From Phoronis australis (taxonomy: Eukaryota > Animalia > Phoronida), in contig NMRA01000011.1 in NCBI GenBank assembly GCA_002633005.1, forward strand, positions 1,928,477 through 1,992,476: a stretch of 64,000 nucleotides of DNA, in the 5' to 3' direction. Made by a program: the position numbers and the translations under genes. Below the pieces are notes generated by a model. It had not been told where the DNA came from, did no database searches, and worked only from the letters and a program-made list of their open reading frames with translations. Positions 62,401 to 64,000 of the stretch are shown here, one piece after another (the stretch's first letter is position 1; each line of letters opens with the position of its first letter).

Positions 62401-64000
62401 TGATCCAGGAAAGTGATTGAATACACCGCGCAAGCGCAAAGCTAATGCCGACTACGACAAGTGTGGTGGTGCATTGGTTGGGTTCACTACTTTATAAGTC
62501 TCATGGATGGCGAAGGCATTCATAAGACGACCCTGGAATGCTCAGCCCATCTAGTTTTTAATTGATGAAATAAATTATACTAAACCATACGTAAAGAAAC
62601 AGTTACCTGCAAATGATTGACTATATTGTAAATATACACATTCCAAAACACCGTAATTGCCTCCTTTTCATTGCTTTGTCCTAAATATGCAAATTATATT
62701 GACCAGGGGACCAAAATAGGTAGTGCGATTGGCCGTAACACGGCATGGCAGTCAGTGGACGATGTGGCCGAGTAAATTGTACTGGTACTGAGATACTCGT
62801 AATGTATCTACAGCAAGAACAAAACGAAAAAGCTATTTTAACTTATTTTACGCTAAACAAAGTGTAGTTGAATTCATTGACGATTTGTAAAATGTGAAAA
62901 CAAAAAAATCTGCAAATAAGGGACCTTTGCACTAATGATGTACTTCACGGGCTCACATTGCCCACATCATGCAGTGTTGTTCCTCAGCACTGCATCACTA
63001 TACTTACTGGACATGGTTTAGTGATTTGTGACGGATCATTTTCGCCATAGAAATTGTTCTTAAAAACATTTTGCCATTTTCAACCTACTTCATATTCTCA
63101 TCCTCGCTATATGTTGTGTTTCTAACTAATTTGGCCTCTGAGATAAGGAATTAGCATGCAAGTTCCATTTTAAGTTTAGTCAATATGATACTTTCATTGT
63201 CAAGGATCAAATTTCTTAAAGCAGCAATTCACTCTCGTTTTTCTGTATAAAAATCGAAAATTAAATTAGGTCTTCCACTCTTACAAAATATACGTTACTT
63301 TCCATGACAGGAATCTTACAAAATATTTAAACCAATTAGAATCTTGAGAAAAGGCTTCAGGGTTTATTTGGTTGTCCAATCTTAAACTATAGATTTGAAA
63401 GTATGGCATGTATGCATTACCGGCACATTCAATAATATTTCGAGATCAAGTGAGTGTGGTAATGTTCATAATCTTGTGACCGTTTTTACTTCAAAAACCT
63501 TAGAGATTGACATGATTTCTAGAAACATATTTTCAATATGATAACTCCTAGATTCTGTTTCTTTATTCTATAAACAACAATATCTTGTCTAGGATTTAGA
63601 CCACTGATAAGTACTGAATAAGACTATGACACTCTTAATGACCCTGCCCCTCGTTGGTCTTTTCAATAGTTTATACACTGGACAATATCTAAGTGGGTAA
63701 AATGTCCACCTGAAAGAACAGACCTACCTGAAATAATAATTACCCACCTAGGTCAGGTTTCATGCTGCTTCCAGCTCCTCTCTAATGAGAGCCCTAGTGG
63801 CCCACCTGAGACAACACCTGAGATTGGAAAATAATTGCCCAATGTGATACCACAGGTACCAAACTCGGTGGAGATACTCATCTGAGACAATATCTGATTA
63901 TTAGAGTTGAGATGCACCAAGTGATGTTTAAAACAACTGTAGAATTTTCCTGACTCCACCAAAAGGTGGCACTGCTAATCTTAGCACCAATGCATAGCAG

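Overview
Eukaryotic, intron-rich, AT-biased genomic DNA that looks like a draft assembly of an invertebrate animal (N gaps, an uncollapsed allelic overlap at 6077). Almost none of the supplied ORFs are genes; the real genes are spliced. (1) Plus strand, 272-23127: the 3' part of a gene with a CARD/death-fold-like C-terminal helix pair, followed by a run of short, symmetric phase-1 exons (27-72 nt). Six of these exons are paralogous and have been multiplied by tandem duplication. The youngest three sit in ~3 kb units joined by a dead LOA/Lian-type LINE fragment with RNase H. (2) Minus strand, 40882-57466: a SPARC/osteonectin-family gene (follistatin-Kazal plus EC domain) with several oddities. 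The EF-hand-1 exon is present twice around a Kolobok fragment. Its 3' end plus splice donor is amplified as a 5x27-bp minisatellite in which every distal donor reads through a stop. There is also an apparent 1-nt frameshift in the signal-peptide exon, no acidic domain I and a shortened EF-hand-2 loop. The rest is transposon debris, often with readable TIRs and TSDs: Academ containing a MULE that contains a Penelope-type hammerhead, a Sola3 end, two Kolobok families, Harbinger MITEs, SINE and LINE remnants. A plus-strand gene interleaved with SPARC is possible but speculative. All calls were made by eye; no searches were run.
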